Shown: positions 16,376-23,719 of the stretch, in pieces | Position numbering within the stretch: the first letter of the stretch is position 1 | Layout of the letters: the number at the start of each line of letters is the position of its first letter | IMG/VR virus record: IMGVR_UViG_3300044452_000313 | Coordinates: 1 to 28,564 of that record | DNA: 28,564 nucleotides | Strand: one strand, 5' to 3' | Source of the DNA: a virus | Taxonomy: Duplodnaviria; Caudoviricetes | Notes under the pieces: generated by a model | What the model saw: the letters and a program-made list of their open reading frames with translations, nothing else | Told to the model about the DNA's origin: nothing | The model's database searches: none | Position numbers and translations under genes: made by a program

Positions 16376-17216
16376 TAGACACCTCCGTGAATTGTCTAAG
16401 CCATACAAGGGCGGCAAGGGCTTGCTGGTGACACCTTCCTCTGGTGACTGAGTTTGCGCGCCCCTGATACTTTTCAACGGGCATGGCCTGCGCGGCAATT
16501 CCGAGCGTCTCAACCGCATCGGTCAGCAGTTGAATCTGAACCAGTTCGGGCTGTGATACGAACCAATCGCGCTTTGTTTGAACATTTTTGCGCTGCCCGT
16601 CTGAGACCTTCGCGCCGGTCTTAATCCTCTCACGTTGTTCTGCGGGAGGAAGATCGGATATCTTACGGGCTTGGGTAATGCTGATGACGTTGTTGTCCAT
16701 CGCCTCAACCACTTCAGGCTCAGCGTTACCGACAACGTGCTTGGCTTGGCGGTAAGTTTCGCGGTTTCCAAAGCCAGCTTGCTTTGCAGCGAAGTCCCTT
16801 GTTTCTTGGCCCTTTTCAATTTCCGCAATATTTTGCGGATTTTCCGAAGGTCTGCCGCGACGCTCGCCGATTTCAGCCTCAATCGCCTGGGCTATTGCTA
16901 CTCGCTCAGACGGGGTGAAGTCCTTTCTGACTTCGTTTTCGGCGTTTTCGCCCACTACTATATTGGGCATATCAATGATCCGCACTTCGATCTCGGTCAT
17001 TCCAAGGAGATCTCGGCAAGCGCGAAGACGGCGCTCCCCGAAAATGAGCGTGAAGTCATCAGTAACGCCGATCGGTTGAAGTAGCCCCAGCTCTGCTATG
17101 CTTTCGGCGAGGCCTTCAAGGTCTCCCATTTCTTTCCGAAACCGGTCACCGACAACGATTGATGAAATATCCACCGCAATAGATTGCGCCTCAGTTTGAA
17201 TTTGATGCATATTCAT
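16368..17216 (-). CDS. ParB/Srx N-terminal domain protein with HTH-like region (282 aa)
   Basis: LAESIAELGLLQPIGV and LIFGERRLRA arginine patch, ENxxR; no ParA in the window. Confidence 0.88.
   Translation of the reverse strand: MNMHQIQTEAQSIAVDISSIVVGDRFRKEMGDLEGLAESIAELGLLQPIGVTDDFTLIFGERRLRACRDLLGMTEIEVRIIDMPNIVVGENAENEVRKDFTPSERVAIAQAIEAEIGERRGRPSENPQNIAEIEKGQETRDFAAKQAGFGNRETYRQAKHVVGNAEPEVVEAMDNNVISITQARKISDLPPAEQRERIKTGAKVSDGQRKNVQTKRDWFVSQPELVQIQLLTDAVETLGIAAQAMPVEKYQGRANSVTRGRCHQQALAALVWLRQFTEVSNA
17184..17213 (+). promoter_or_regulatory. Predicted antisense promoter inside the first codons of the ParB-like gene
   Basis: TTGCGC (17184-89), 18-bp spacer, CATATT (17208-13). Confidence 0.45.
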
Positions 17217-17419
17217 TCCCGAAACCCCCCATTCGACTGGTGGCTTTCAGCAGCGGGAGCGGAGTTTGGCGACGAGGCTCCTGCTGCAAACTTCTCTTCA
17301 AGTGCAGCCAAAATTTCGGAGTTCATTGAACGCCGCTTTTCAGCCGCTGCGGTTTTGATCCTGTCACGCCAACCTTCAGGCAGTCGCAACATGTACTGGT
17401 CTGCATACTTGTGTGTCAT
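17213..17419 (-). CDS. Arc-like ribbon-helix-helix repressor (68 aa)
   Basis: YMLRLP...RIK.AA...RSMNSEI Arc motif; AAGGA RBS; ATGA-coupled to the ParB-like gene. Confidence 0.92.
   Translation of the reverse strand: MTHKYADQYMLRLPEGWRDRIKTAAAEKRRSMNSEILAALEEKFAAGASSPNSAPAAESHQSNGGFRE
17220..17290 (+). ncRNA. Predicted sar-like cis-antisense RNA over the arc 3' end and ParB-like translation start region
   Basis: 11-bp stem 17250-17287 fully paired (one G-U) only on the plus strand; loop contains UUGGCG; same position as P22 sar; U-tract poor. Confidence 0.45.
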
Positions 17420-17430
17420 TTTTCATCCTT

Positions 17431-17504
17431 TATGCCCAGTGGGTACTATAATATATGCCCACTGGGTAGGATTGCGTCAAGTGACAATTTATGCCCACTG
17501 GGCA
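17431..17504. promoter_or_regulatory. Three palindromic operators TATGCCCA(C/G)TGGG(T/C)A in a divergent promoter region
   Basis: Copies at 17431-45, 17454-68 and 17490-504; leftward TTGACG-N17-CATATA promoter (17480-17452) has operator 2 in its spacer. Confidence 0.85.
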
Positions 17505-17506
17505 AT

Positions 17507-17902
17507 ATGACAGAATCCGATGCGCACACTTACCAAGACCGCTACATGCTTCGCCTTCCCGACGGGATGCGTGACAGGATCAAAATCGCTGCCGCCAACA
17601 ACAACCGCTCAATGAACGCAGAAATTGTTGCACTTCTGGAAGAGCACTATCCTGCCCCTCCCTACGTAGATATCGAAGAAGCAATCGCGCGAGTTGAGCG
17701 TACTTTTGCTGCCTTAAATGAGTGGCTTCCAGAGGGAAGCAAAGAACGCGAGGCTTATTCGGAGTCTGAAGCACTCCTAGAAAAGCTACGAGAGGGGCTG
17801 CTCAGTCCTGAGAGCGAGACGCACCAAAGATTTGTTGCTTTAGCGGCGGTGGCGTACGCCGACGGCTTTTTGGGGGCATTGAGCCGTGCTAGAATTAAAT
17901 AA
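17507..17902 (+). CDS. Mnt/Arc-like repressor with C-terminal extension (131 aa)
   Basis: YMLRLPDGMRDRIK...RSMNAEI; ATG 17507 has no SD and may be leaderless. Confidence 0.9.
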   Translation: MTESDAHTYQDRYMLRLPDGMRDRIKIAAANNNRSMNAEIVALLEEHYPAPPYVDIEEAIARVERTFAALNEWLPEGSKEREAYSESEALLEKLREGLLSPESETHQRFVALAAVAYADGFLGALSRARIK

Positions 17903-17991
17903 GAAGTCATGAATGAGAAGCAGAGAACAAGCGACGCTTCCAAACCGGCTCCGAAACCCTAACCCCTCCACCAACCTTCTAACGCCCCCTA

Positions 17992-18483
17992 TCACGCAGG
18001 CTCGGTGGCATTTACAGTCTTACCATTCTGGCGGAACGCTGCTGTAAAGCCCTCGTGGGTTGTCGTGTCGCCCTGCGTTTCCTGGTAGTTCTTGCAAATG
18101 CCCATGGCATACTGAACGGGATCGCCGGTAACGACTGTCGGAACACCGTCTGCATCGTCTGGACCACTGCCGGTGACGATCTTGACCGACATGTAGCCTT
18201 GAGAATCCTCAGCCTGTTCCCGGATGTCTTCTTGACCTGCGTCGCCCGTGATCATGCGAAACGTCATTGTGCTTTCGATACCTCTTGCGGCTCCCTTGCC
18301 CCCCTTCGTGAACCCGGTACCGACGTCGTCGACGTCGATATCAGAATGGGTGATCCCAAGCTGGGGAAGAACCTGCACACCCTTAGCCCGCACCCATGTG
18401 AGGGCTTCGAAACCTGCGGCGTTGTTGGTTGCTGGCACGGCCTGTGCCACGTAGAGCGTTTTACCGATGTGATTACGTGTCAT
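17992..18483 (-). CDS. Major tail tube protein (163 aa)
   Basis: PAT.NAAGFEALTW motif, AAGGAG RBS, position after the tail terminator gene. Confidence 0.85.
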   Translation of the reverse strand: MTRNHIGKTLYVAQAVPATNNAAGFEALTWVRAKGVQVLPQLGITHSDIDVDDVGTGFTKGGKGAARGIESTMTFRMITGDAGQEDIREQAEDSQGYMSVKIVTGSGPDDADGVPTVVTGDPVQYAMGICKNYQETQGDTTTHEGFTAAFRQNGKTVNATEPA

Positions 18484-18659
18484 TTTTCTGTCTCCTTGGT
18501 GCTCGCCTCATCCGACGTGGGGGTTACCGGCCCTTGGCGTTTCCAACCTTGATCGAGCCATGCTTGAAGATCCTTGACCAAGGGCGTCGCGACAGCGCCA
18601 CTCTTCGGCCATACGATTTTGACCCGCTCCTGCGCGGGCGCTTGGTTGTTTTTCGGCAT
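18480..18659 (-). CDS. Small phage protein (59 aa) absent from the ORF track
   Basis: CAGGAGG RBS; MPKNNQAPAQERVKIVWPKSGAVATPLVKDLQAWLDQGWKR...KETEK; ATGA overlap with the tail tube start. Confidence 0.8.
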   Translation of the reverse strand: MPKNNQAPAQERVKIVWPKSGAVATPLVKDLQAWLDQGWKRQGPVTPTSDEASTKETEK

Positions 18660-18670
18660 GATGCCTCCTG

Positions 18671-19054
18671 TTAGGAATTTGAAACGCTGCGCCCGCGAAT
18701 GATTACGGGAACCGCGTAGACGCCACCGCCTGGAAGAGGTGGCCGTACGCTCGGCGGCACTAGGATTGTGACGCCATCAAATTGCGACCCCGGCTTGAAC
18801 CGCCCTATAAGAGCCTTGACCAAGCCATCGTTTTCTGTCGCGTATTCCCCGTCTTTGGTCTCAACGCGCACCACGATCTCGGGGAAGTCTTCCGTGTTGC
18901 CGTCCAGATCAAACGTATTGCTGGATCCGCCCGCAGCCTGCACAACGTATCGGGGAAGGTTCTTACCCGGCCCACCAGGAAGCGCGATGTTGGGCGGATT
19001 ATCCATTTGAACAATCCGGTTGATCAGGGCCTGCTGGCCATCTGTGATGTCCAT
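18671..19054 (-). CDS. Tail terminator / completion protein
   Basis: Size and position before the tail tube gene; L..RF.PG...VPV pattern. Confidence 0.65.
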   Translation of the reverse strand: MDITDGQQALINRIVQMDNPPNIALPGGPGKNLPRYVVQAAGGSSNTFDLDGNTEDFPEIVVRVETKDGEYATENDGLVKALIGRFKPGSQFDGVTILVPPSVRPPLPGGGVYAVPVIIRGRSVSNS

Positions 19055-19055
19055 G

Positions 19056-19511
19056 TCAGTCTTTCAGCTTGGCCGCATTGCCCTGAACAATGGTGTTCCA
19101 CTGCTGCGCAGCGTTGCGGACCATGAAGCGACCGGGCTCATCGTACGTACGTCCGAGGCTATCCTGTCCCGAAAAGCCGTATTCTCTCCTGCGGGCATGT
19201 TTGGCTGTAAATCCAATTTCCACGTAGTCGCCCGCCTCGAAGCCCGCCAGTGCCCCTGTGAAATCCGGCCCCTGCCCTCCTTCACCCCGCCCAGAAGTCG
19301 CGCCATCAACGATCACAACGGAACTGTTGATCAGTTCAGCCTCGTCGACGGGTACGACGCCCTCTTTGAAGGGTGCGCCACGCACTATTCCGTCTTCAGC
19401 GTTGGTCATTTCTTGACCCGCATCCTGAATGGATTGCTTGACGATCAGCACGGCGTTTCGCTTTGCTTTCTCCGTCCAGTTTCGAACGTCTGCCGTGAAT
19501 GATTTGGTCAT
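19056..19511 (-). CDS. HK97 gp10-like tail completion protein
   Basis: F.ADV..W, PVD..ELINS, A.R.EYG, PGR.MVR.AAQ.W motifs. Confidence 0.8.
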   Translation of the reverse strand: MTKSFTADVRNWTEKAKRNAVLIVKQSIQDAGQEMTNAEDGIVRGAPFKEGVVPVDEAELINSSVVIVDGATSGRGEGGQGPDFTGALAGFEAGDYVEIGFTAKHARRREYGFSGQDSLGRTYDEPGRFMVRNAAQQWNTIVQGNAAKLKD

Positions 19512-20551
19512 TAAGCCGCCAGTCGTTGATCAGCCATCGCCAGGTAGTCAATGACTATCCTCAGTATGCAGCGGCAGTTCACAACGTCTGCTGCGGGTGC
19601 CTCGGGATCGTGCGGGCCCTGCATGGCGAAACCCGTCAGCGGTGAGATGAACTTCTCACGCCATTTCACGGAAGTTCCGTGAAGCGCCGCGTGATGGTCT
19701 CTCGTGAAGCGTCCGAGCGTCGCCTGCCAAACTTTCGTCACCAGATCCTCCCGGATTAGGCCGCTGTCAATCTGCTGTTCGACGGATTCCCGACGCCCAG
19801 CATTGAGCGCCTTGTTTGCTTCCGTCCGCGCGATGGTGCGACCGCGATATCGCAGAAGTCCGTCCGCGTAAGCCCGAATGGAGCGGTCAATCTCTTTCTG
19901 TGTGAGCGCCCTACCGTCTTTCATGGCCTTGGCAACCGTGCGGTCAATATTGCGGTTCCGAAGCTTGCCGGATCGGGACAGGTACTTGGCGTACTCACCC
20001 GCCTCTAGTTCCCTGCGCGCTGAGATGACGGCATTTGCCTGATTACTGTGAAGGCCGACCACACCGCCCAGTCGTGTGTTTCCCACCTTCGTTCCGACCA
20101 GATCTCGGGCTATGCGCTGATAGCCACGATTGTCGCTCAGACCCTCAGTGATCACCGTTCGGATCATGCGGCTTTGATCACCGGTTATCTCCGTCACCAG
20201 ATCGCCAGCCAGACGGCGCGCAACCTCTATCCCCCTGTCGTTTAGGAGATCGAACCGTGCCGCCAGTCGTGGCACGGTATTTGGAAGGCGCTTTGGGACA
20301 AGGTTCGCTTGGTAAGCCCCCCCGGCATTGAATGCTTCAACGATTGCCTGATCAAGCGGGGCTTTGAAGTAATCAGCTCTCGCCAAGATCTGCACCGCGA
20401 ACTCAACGTCACCACGGCGAATGGCTTCTTCCAGAATGTTCAGGACAACGGCGTTTCGCGCGGTCTGAACCGCCTCTTCGAATGCGCGCACCAACTCCGG
20501 TTCAACCTTGGCTAGTTCACGCAGAAACGCTGCTCTCGTGTCCTTCGGCAT
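19511..20551 (-). CDS. Phage Mu gpF/SPP1 gp7-like minor head protein (346 aa)
   Basis: TIARTE, KVW, TRDHH, PHDP...VVNCRC motifs. Confidence 0.88.
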   Translation of the reverse strand: MPKDTRAAFLRELAKVEPELVRAFEEAVQTARNAVVLNILEEAIRRGDVEFAVQILARADYFKAPLDQAIVEAFNAGGAYQANLVPKRLPNTVPRLAARFDLLNDRGIEVARRLAGDLVTEITGDQSRMIRTVITEGLSDNRGYQRIARDLVGTKVGNTRLGGVVGLHSNQANAVISARRELEAGEYAKYLSRSGKLRNRNIDRTVAKAMKDGRALTQKEIDRSIRAYADGLLRYRGRTIARTEANKALNAGRRESVEQQIDSGLIREDLVTKVWQATLGRFTRDHHAALHGTSVKWREKFISPLTGFAMQGPHDPEAPAADVVNCRCILRIVIDYLAMADQRLAA

Positions 20552-20931
20552 TACTCGCCTGCCCTCACTTGAGCGTTGTAAAACAAAACGGTGCCTCCGG
20601 GCTGATACGGCATCACGTTGACAAAACTATAGGTCCGCCCGGAAACGCGCAAGCGATCGCCGTTCTGCGGCGCGGTTTCAGCATCTGCTGCGATCATTGC
20701 TTTCACGTCCCGATCCGTGATATTTGTGCCGTCCCTATCCCGCGCGCTGTAGTCGGTTAAGATCATCTTACAGGTGTATTCCTGAGTTGTTCCCGGCGTC
20801 GGGGGGTATGTGCTTTCATCCGCGCCGGTCGTCCGCAGAATGGTTCCCGAAAGAGGTGTTCCATCACCGATTTCTGCACCCGCCTCCGCAATCGCCAATG
20901 AGACTTCAGCGGCAATTTCCGAGCCACTCAT
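20551..20931 (-). CDS. Head closure / head-tail joining protein
   Basis: RDGT.I..RD.K, P..GD, PGG..L.Y..QVR motifs; ATGA overlap puts the start at 20931. Confidence 0.75.
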   Translation of the reverse strand: MSGSEIAAEVSLAIAEAGAEIGDGTPLSGTILRTTGADESTYPPTPGTTQEYTCKMILTDYSARDRDGTNITDRDVKAMIAADAETAPQNGDRLRVSGRTYSFVNVMPYQPGGTVLFYNAQVRAGE

Positions 20932-21155
20932 TCCGGGCACTCGCTGTATTCGCCGGACAGTAAATTGAGCTTGAACAACTCCAGCAGCAAAAGAGCATCC
21001 CCATCCTTCAGGTCCATTGTCGCCCTGGCATCAAGGTTTCCCTCTTTATCCCAGCCGATCACAAGAAGTTCTGAATATTCACCCACTGCCTGTTCGAGAA
21101 CATTATCAGGATCCTTGGCAGCATCGGCAGGATAGAACTTTTCAACATTGCTCAT
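20928..21155 (-). CDS. Hypothetical phage protein (75 aa)
   Basis: Coupled by ATGA overlaps on both sides. Confidence 0.7.
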   Translation of the reverse strand: MSNVEKFYPADAAKDPDNVLEQAVGEYSELLVIGWDKEGNLDARATMDLKDGDALLLLELFKLNLLSGEYSECPE

Positions 21156-21619
21156 GAACGCAACAGCTCCCGGGTGCCGCCTTCGTTCAAGGCGGACTTC
21201 TCAAGGTAAGGTTTCAGCAAATCAAAGGCCATCGTGACGACAGGCCGAAAATCCTTAACAGACGAAGGGGTTGCCGGTGTGTTCCACGCGATGTCGCCAG
21301 CCTTGCTAAGCACCCTACGAACCGAAAGACTGACGGACGGGCTCAGCACTCCGGTCGATGCGAACTCAGCACGCGCGAGGACGACTTGAGCGGTTTTAAC
21401 TGCGTCGGGTATTTCACCCTCAAAGGACGCCCAGGTATTCGCCTTCCAATCGAGGCCGGACATGTACACCCAGGCCCGACGCAAGGCGGCTTCCCCCGAA
21501 GGGTCATCCAGAATGGTGGCATCACCGAAAAACAGACCCTCTCGAGTGGCAGCATCCTGCGCGCTCAAGAAGCTATCCGCGCCCGCGACACCCGAACCGT
21601 CTTCAATCGTCAAGGCCAT
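21152..21619 (-). CDS. Head-tail adaptor (often annotated DnaT-like)
   Basis: MALTIEDGSGVAGADSF N-terminus, IP.AVK.AQ, LLKPYL. Confidence 0.8.
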   Translation of the reverse strand: MALTIEDGSGVAGADSFLSAQDAATREGLFFGDATILDDPSGEAALRRAWVYMSGLDWKANTWASFEGEIPDAVKTAQVVLARAEFASTGVLSPSVSLSVRRVLSKAGDIAWNTPATPSSVKDFRPVVTMAFDLLKPYLEKSALNEGGTRELLRS

Positions 21620-21628
21620 TTACGTCGC

Positions 21629-21916
21629 CTAGTCCAACTGATTGACGAACATGACCCGTTTCAGACGCTCACGCATTTCCGGAACCTTTCCGCCGTCAGT
21701 GTCGCCATGCATCTCCAGAAGCTCCGAGAGATCCTTCTTGTTCATCTTGTCGATGCCCTCTGGCGTGAAATCTGGCTTTTCATCAAAGCTGATGATTTCT
21801 ACATCCTCTGGAGCAAAGCGCGCATCAACGATCCGATACCCGTGTGCCCGCAAATCCGCCTTTTGTTCCGCAGTCACGGGATGCACTACGTAGGCAATCT
21901 TGGTTTCAATTTTCAT
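21629..21916 (-). CDS. Small capsid-associated protein (95 aa), possible SAP/HeH-like C-terminus
   Basis: AGGAGG RBS; HPV..E.KA.LR..GY.I.DARF motif; follows the capsid gene. Confidence 0.7.
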   Translation of the reverse strand: MKIETKIAYVVHPVTAEQKADLRAHGYRIVDARFAPEDVEIISFDEKPDFTPEGIDKMNKKDLSELLEMHGDTDGGKVPEMRERLKRVMFVNQLD

Positions 21917-21937
21917 GGAATCCTCCTGATCTTAGTG

Positions 21938-21961
21938 ACGGGGCCGAACGCGCAGCCCCGC
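21938..21961 (-). other. GC-rich hairpin after the major capsid gene
   Basis: GCGGGGCUG-CGCGUU-CGGCCCCGU with no U-tract; likely stabiliser or attenuator. Confidence 0.5.
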
Positions 21962-21975
21962 TTCCAAACTCAGGC

Positions 21976-22935
21976 TTACTGGGAGGTGATAAGAACGCCC
22001 GCGGTGTCCTTGTTATCCGAAACCACCTTGTCCCAATTGGTGCCAGTGCCGAGCGCCGCTTCAGCCGGAGAGGCTCCGCCGTTGGTCTTGTCCCAACTGT
22101 AGCCCTTCACACCGACGTTGTACGTGAACTCGGACTGCATGGTGCGCTGAATGTTCTCTTCACCGTTGGAGGTCTCAATGTTGGTAAACAGATCGCCGTT
22201 GTCCTCAACCATCAACGCGCCGGGCACGAGACCGAGAATGTTGTAGGTGTCCGGGTCAGGTGTGGTGTTTACCAGGGATGGGCTATCCGTCATAAACATC
22301 AGACGGCCAAAACCATCCTGCATGACAGACACATTGCCAATCTCAAACAGCCGGTCAGCGTTGGAAACGTTTTCGCCCATCAGGTCGTGCATCGGTTTCG
22401 AGTGCATAACCCAGGCAACAATATCACCGGAACGATCGCCCATTTTTGCAGAACCACTGACAAGTCCCGCACGCGCGAGAGTTCCCGCCGTTTGATCCGA
22501 AATCATGTCAGTGTTGTTTGCCACGGCCGACACGCCAGCCGAGAGGGAAACGTTGAGCATCTTTGCGGCCATACCAATGCCAAGCTGCTCGCCAATAACA
22601 ACACCAGCTTCTTCAGGATTCTTTTGGATCCAGGTGAACTGCTGTGGCTCAAATCGCACCGGCACAGTGCCGCCCGCAACTTTCACCTTGGTGATGGATT
22701 CTTGCTCCAAATCGACAGCGGTAACCGACCCGGATCCATACGCGTTACGTGTCCGAACCAGCCCGGAAATGTTTTTCCAGAACGTCTCGTCGCTGTAATC
22801 GCCTTCATTGGCAGCCGGTACGAGGGTGATAACGCCTTGAGCAGCCGCGTTGAACAGGTCTGCCTGCTGACGAATTGTCTCGGTAGCCGCCGTCTGGGCG
22901 TACTCCGAGAATACTTGCATGTCCGATAGGGCCAT
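21976..22935 (-). CDS. Major capsid protein (319 aa)
   Basis: MALSD..V.SEY, FNAA, GVKGYSWD...GGASP, KDTAGV; follows the scaffold gene; AGGAG RBS. Confidence 0.92.
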   Translation of the reverse strand: MALSDMQVFSEYAQTAATETIRQQADLFNAAAQGVITLVPAANEGDYSDETFWKNISGLVRTRNAYGSGSVTAVDLEQESITKVKVAGGTVPVRFEPQQFTWIQKNPEEAGVVIGEQLGIGMAAKMLNVSLSAGVSAVANNTDMISDQTAGTLARAGLVSGSAKMGDRSGDIVAWVMHSKPMHDLMGENVSNADRLFEIGNVSVMQDGFGRLMFMTDSPSLVNTTPDPDTYNILGLVPGALMVEDNGDLFTNIETSNGEENIQRTMQSEFTYNVGVKGYSWDKTNGGASPAEAALGTGTNWDKVVSDNKDTAGVLITSQ

Positions 22936-22978
22936 GTCTTTCTCCTATTTTGGAAGGTTAAACAGCCCTGAACGCGAG

Positions 22979-23689
22979 CTACGCTTCACGTTGAGCCTTT
23001 ATGAGAGCAGCTTTGTCTTTGGCCGTCTTGGCCTCAGACCAGCTTGCGGGAGGCGATGCGCCGTCCGACGCGCCACCGTTCTTGTTGCGGGAGCCCCCAC
23101 CCTCTGCTTGGCGAACAAAGGACTTTCCGTCGCCCTTTGCCCAACGTTCCACAAAGTCAGAAACGCCCATTGGCCCCATGTCCGACTGAAAGCGAGGCTC
23201 TCCGTCGTCTCCAAATTCGATCATTGGATTCAGCAGCGCACGACTGGCCCTGAGAAAGGCCTCGTCACTGACACCAGCTTTCGTCAAAGCGTCTGTAAGC
23301 TGCATTTCCGCAGTTGTTTTGCGGCCATCCAGCACAAGGTCGTTGTACTTGGTCTTCCACTCATCCCGCTCGCCCTCCAGAAGCTTGCGAACCTCAACTT
23401 TCGCGGCCTCAATCGCGGCGCTGTCGGTCTCTCCAGACTTTGCCTTATTCCAGACCTCGATATCGAAATCCTCAGGCATGTTCTTGTTCGCGGAGATCGC
23501 CTCATCACGCTCGGTTTGCGCTTTCACACGCTTTTCTTTTTCGCGTTCATAGGCGGATTTCAGATTACGGACGTCAGGCAGGCTGTCAGCCCCGTCGATC
23601 TGCAGAATGAATTGATCACCGCTTTCGGAGTAGAGTGAATGGAATTGCTCTTGGACATCGTCCAAAGACGTTACGACTGCTTTCAGCAT
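22979..23689 (-). CDS. Capsid scaffolding protein (236 aa)
   Basis: Coiled-coil rich with a GGGS tail; lies between portal and capsid genes. Confidence 0.82.
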   Translation of the reverse strand: MLKAVVTSLDDVQEQFHSLYSESGDQFILQIDGADSLPDVRNLKSAYEREKEKRVKAQTERDEAISANKNMPEDFDIEVWNKAKSGETDSAAIEAAKVEVRKLLEGERDEWKTKYNDLVLDGRKTTAEMQLTDALTKAGVSDEAFLRASRALLNPMIEFGDDGEPRFQSDMGPMGVSDFVERWAKGDGKSFVRQAEGGGSRNKNGGASDGASPPASWSEAKTAKDKAALIKAQREA

Positions 23690-23719
23690 CGTTGATCCTT
23701 TTGGTTGGGTGGGTGCGGA

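Noticed and set aside
17431-17504. Mini CRISPR-like array
   Set aside because: Repeats are only 15 bp with 8- and 21-bp gaps, no cas genes; position between repressors fits operators
17213-17902. Type II toxin-antitoxin pair with RHH antitoxins
   Set aside because: No adjacent RelE/ParE, PIN or GNAT-like toxin motifs; the divergent arc/mnt layout fits better
17909-17991. 17-aa ORF MNEKQRTSDASKPAPKP and a G-run-rich minus-strand tract after the tail tube gene
   Set aside because: No clear RBS; G-runs are irregular, so quadruplex or c4-like RNA cannot be supported from one sequence
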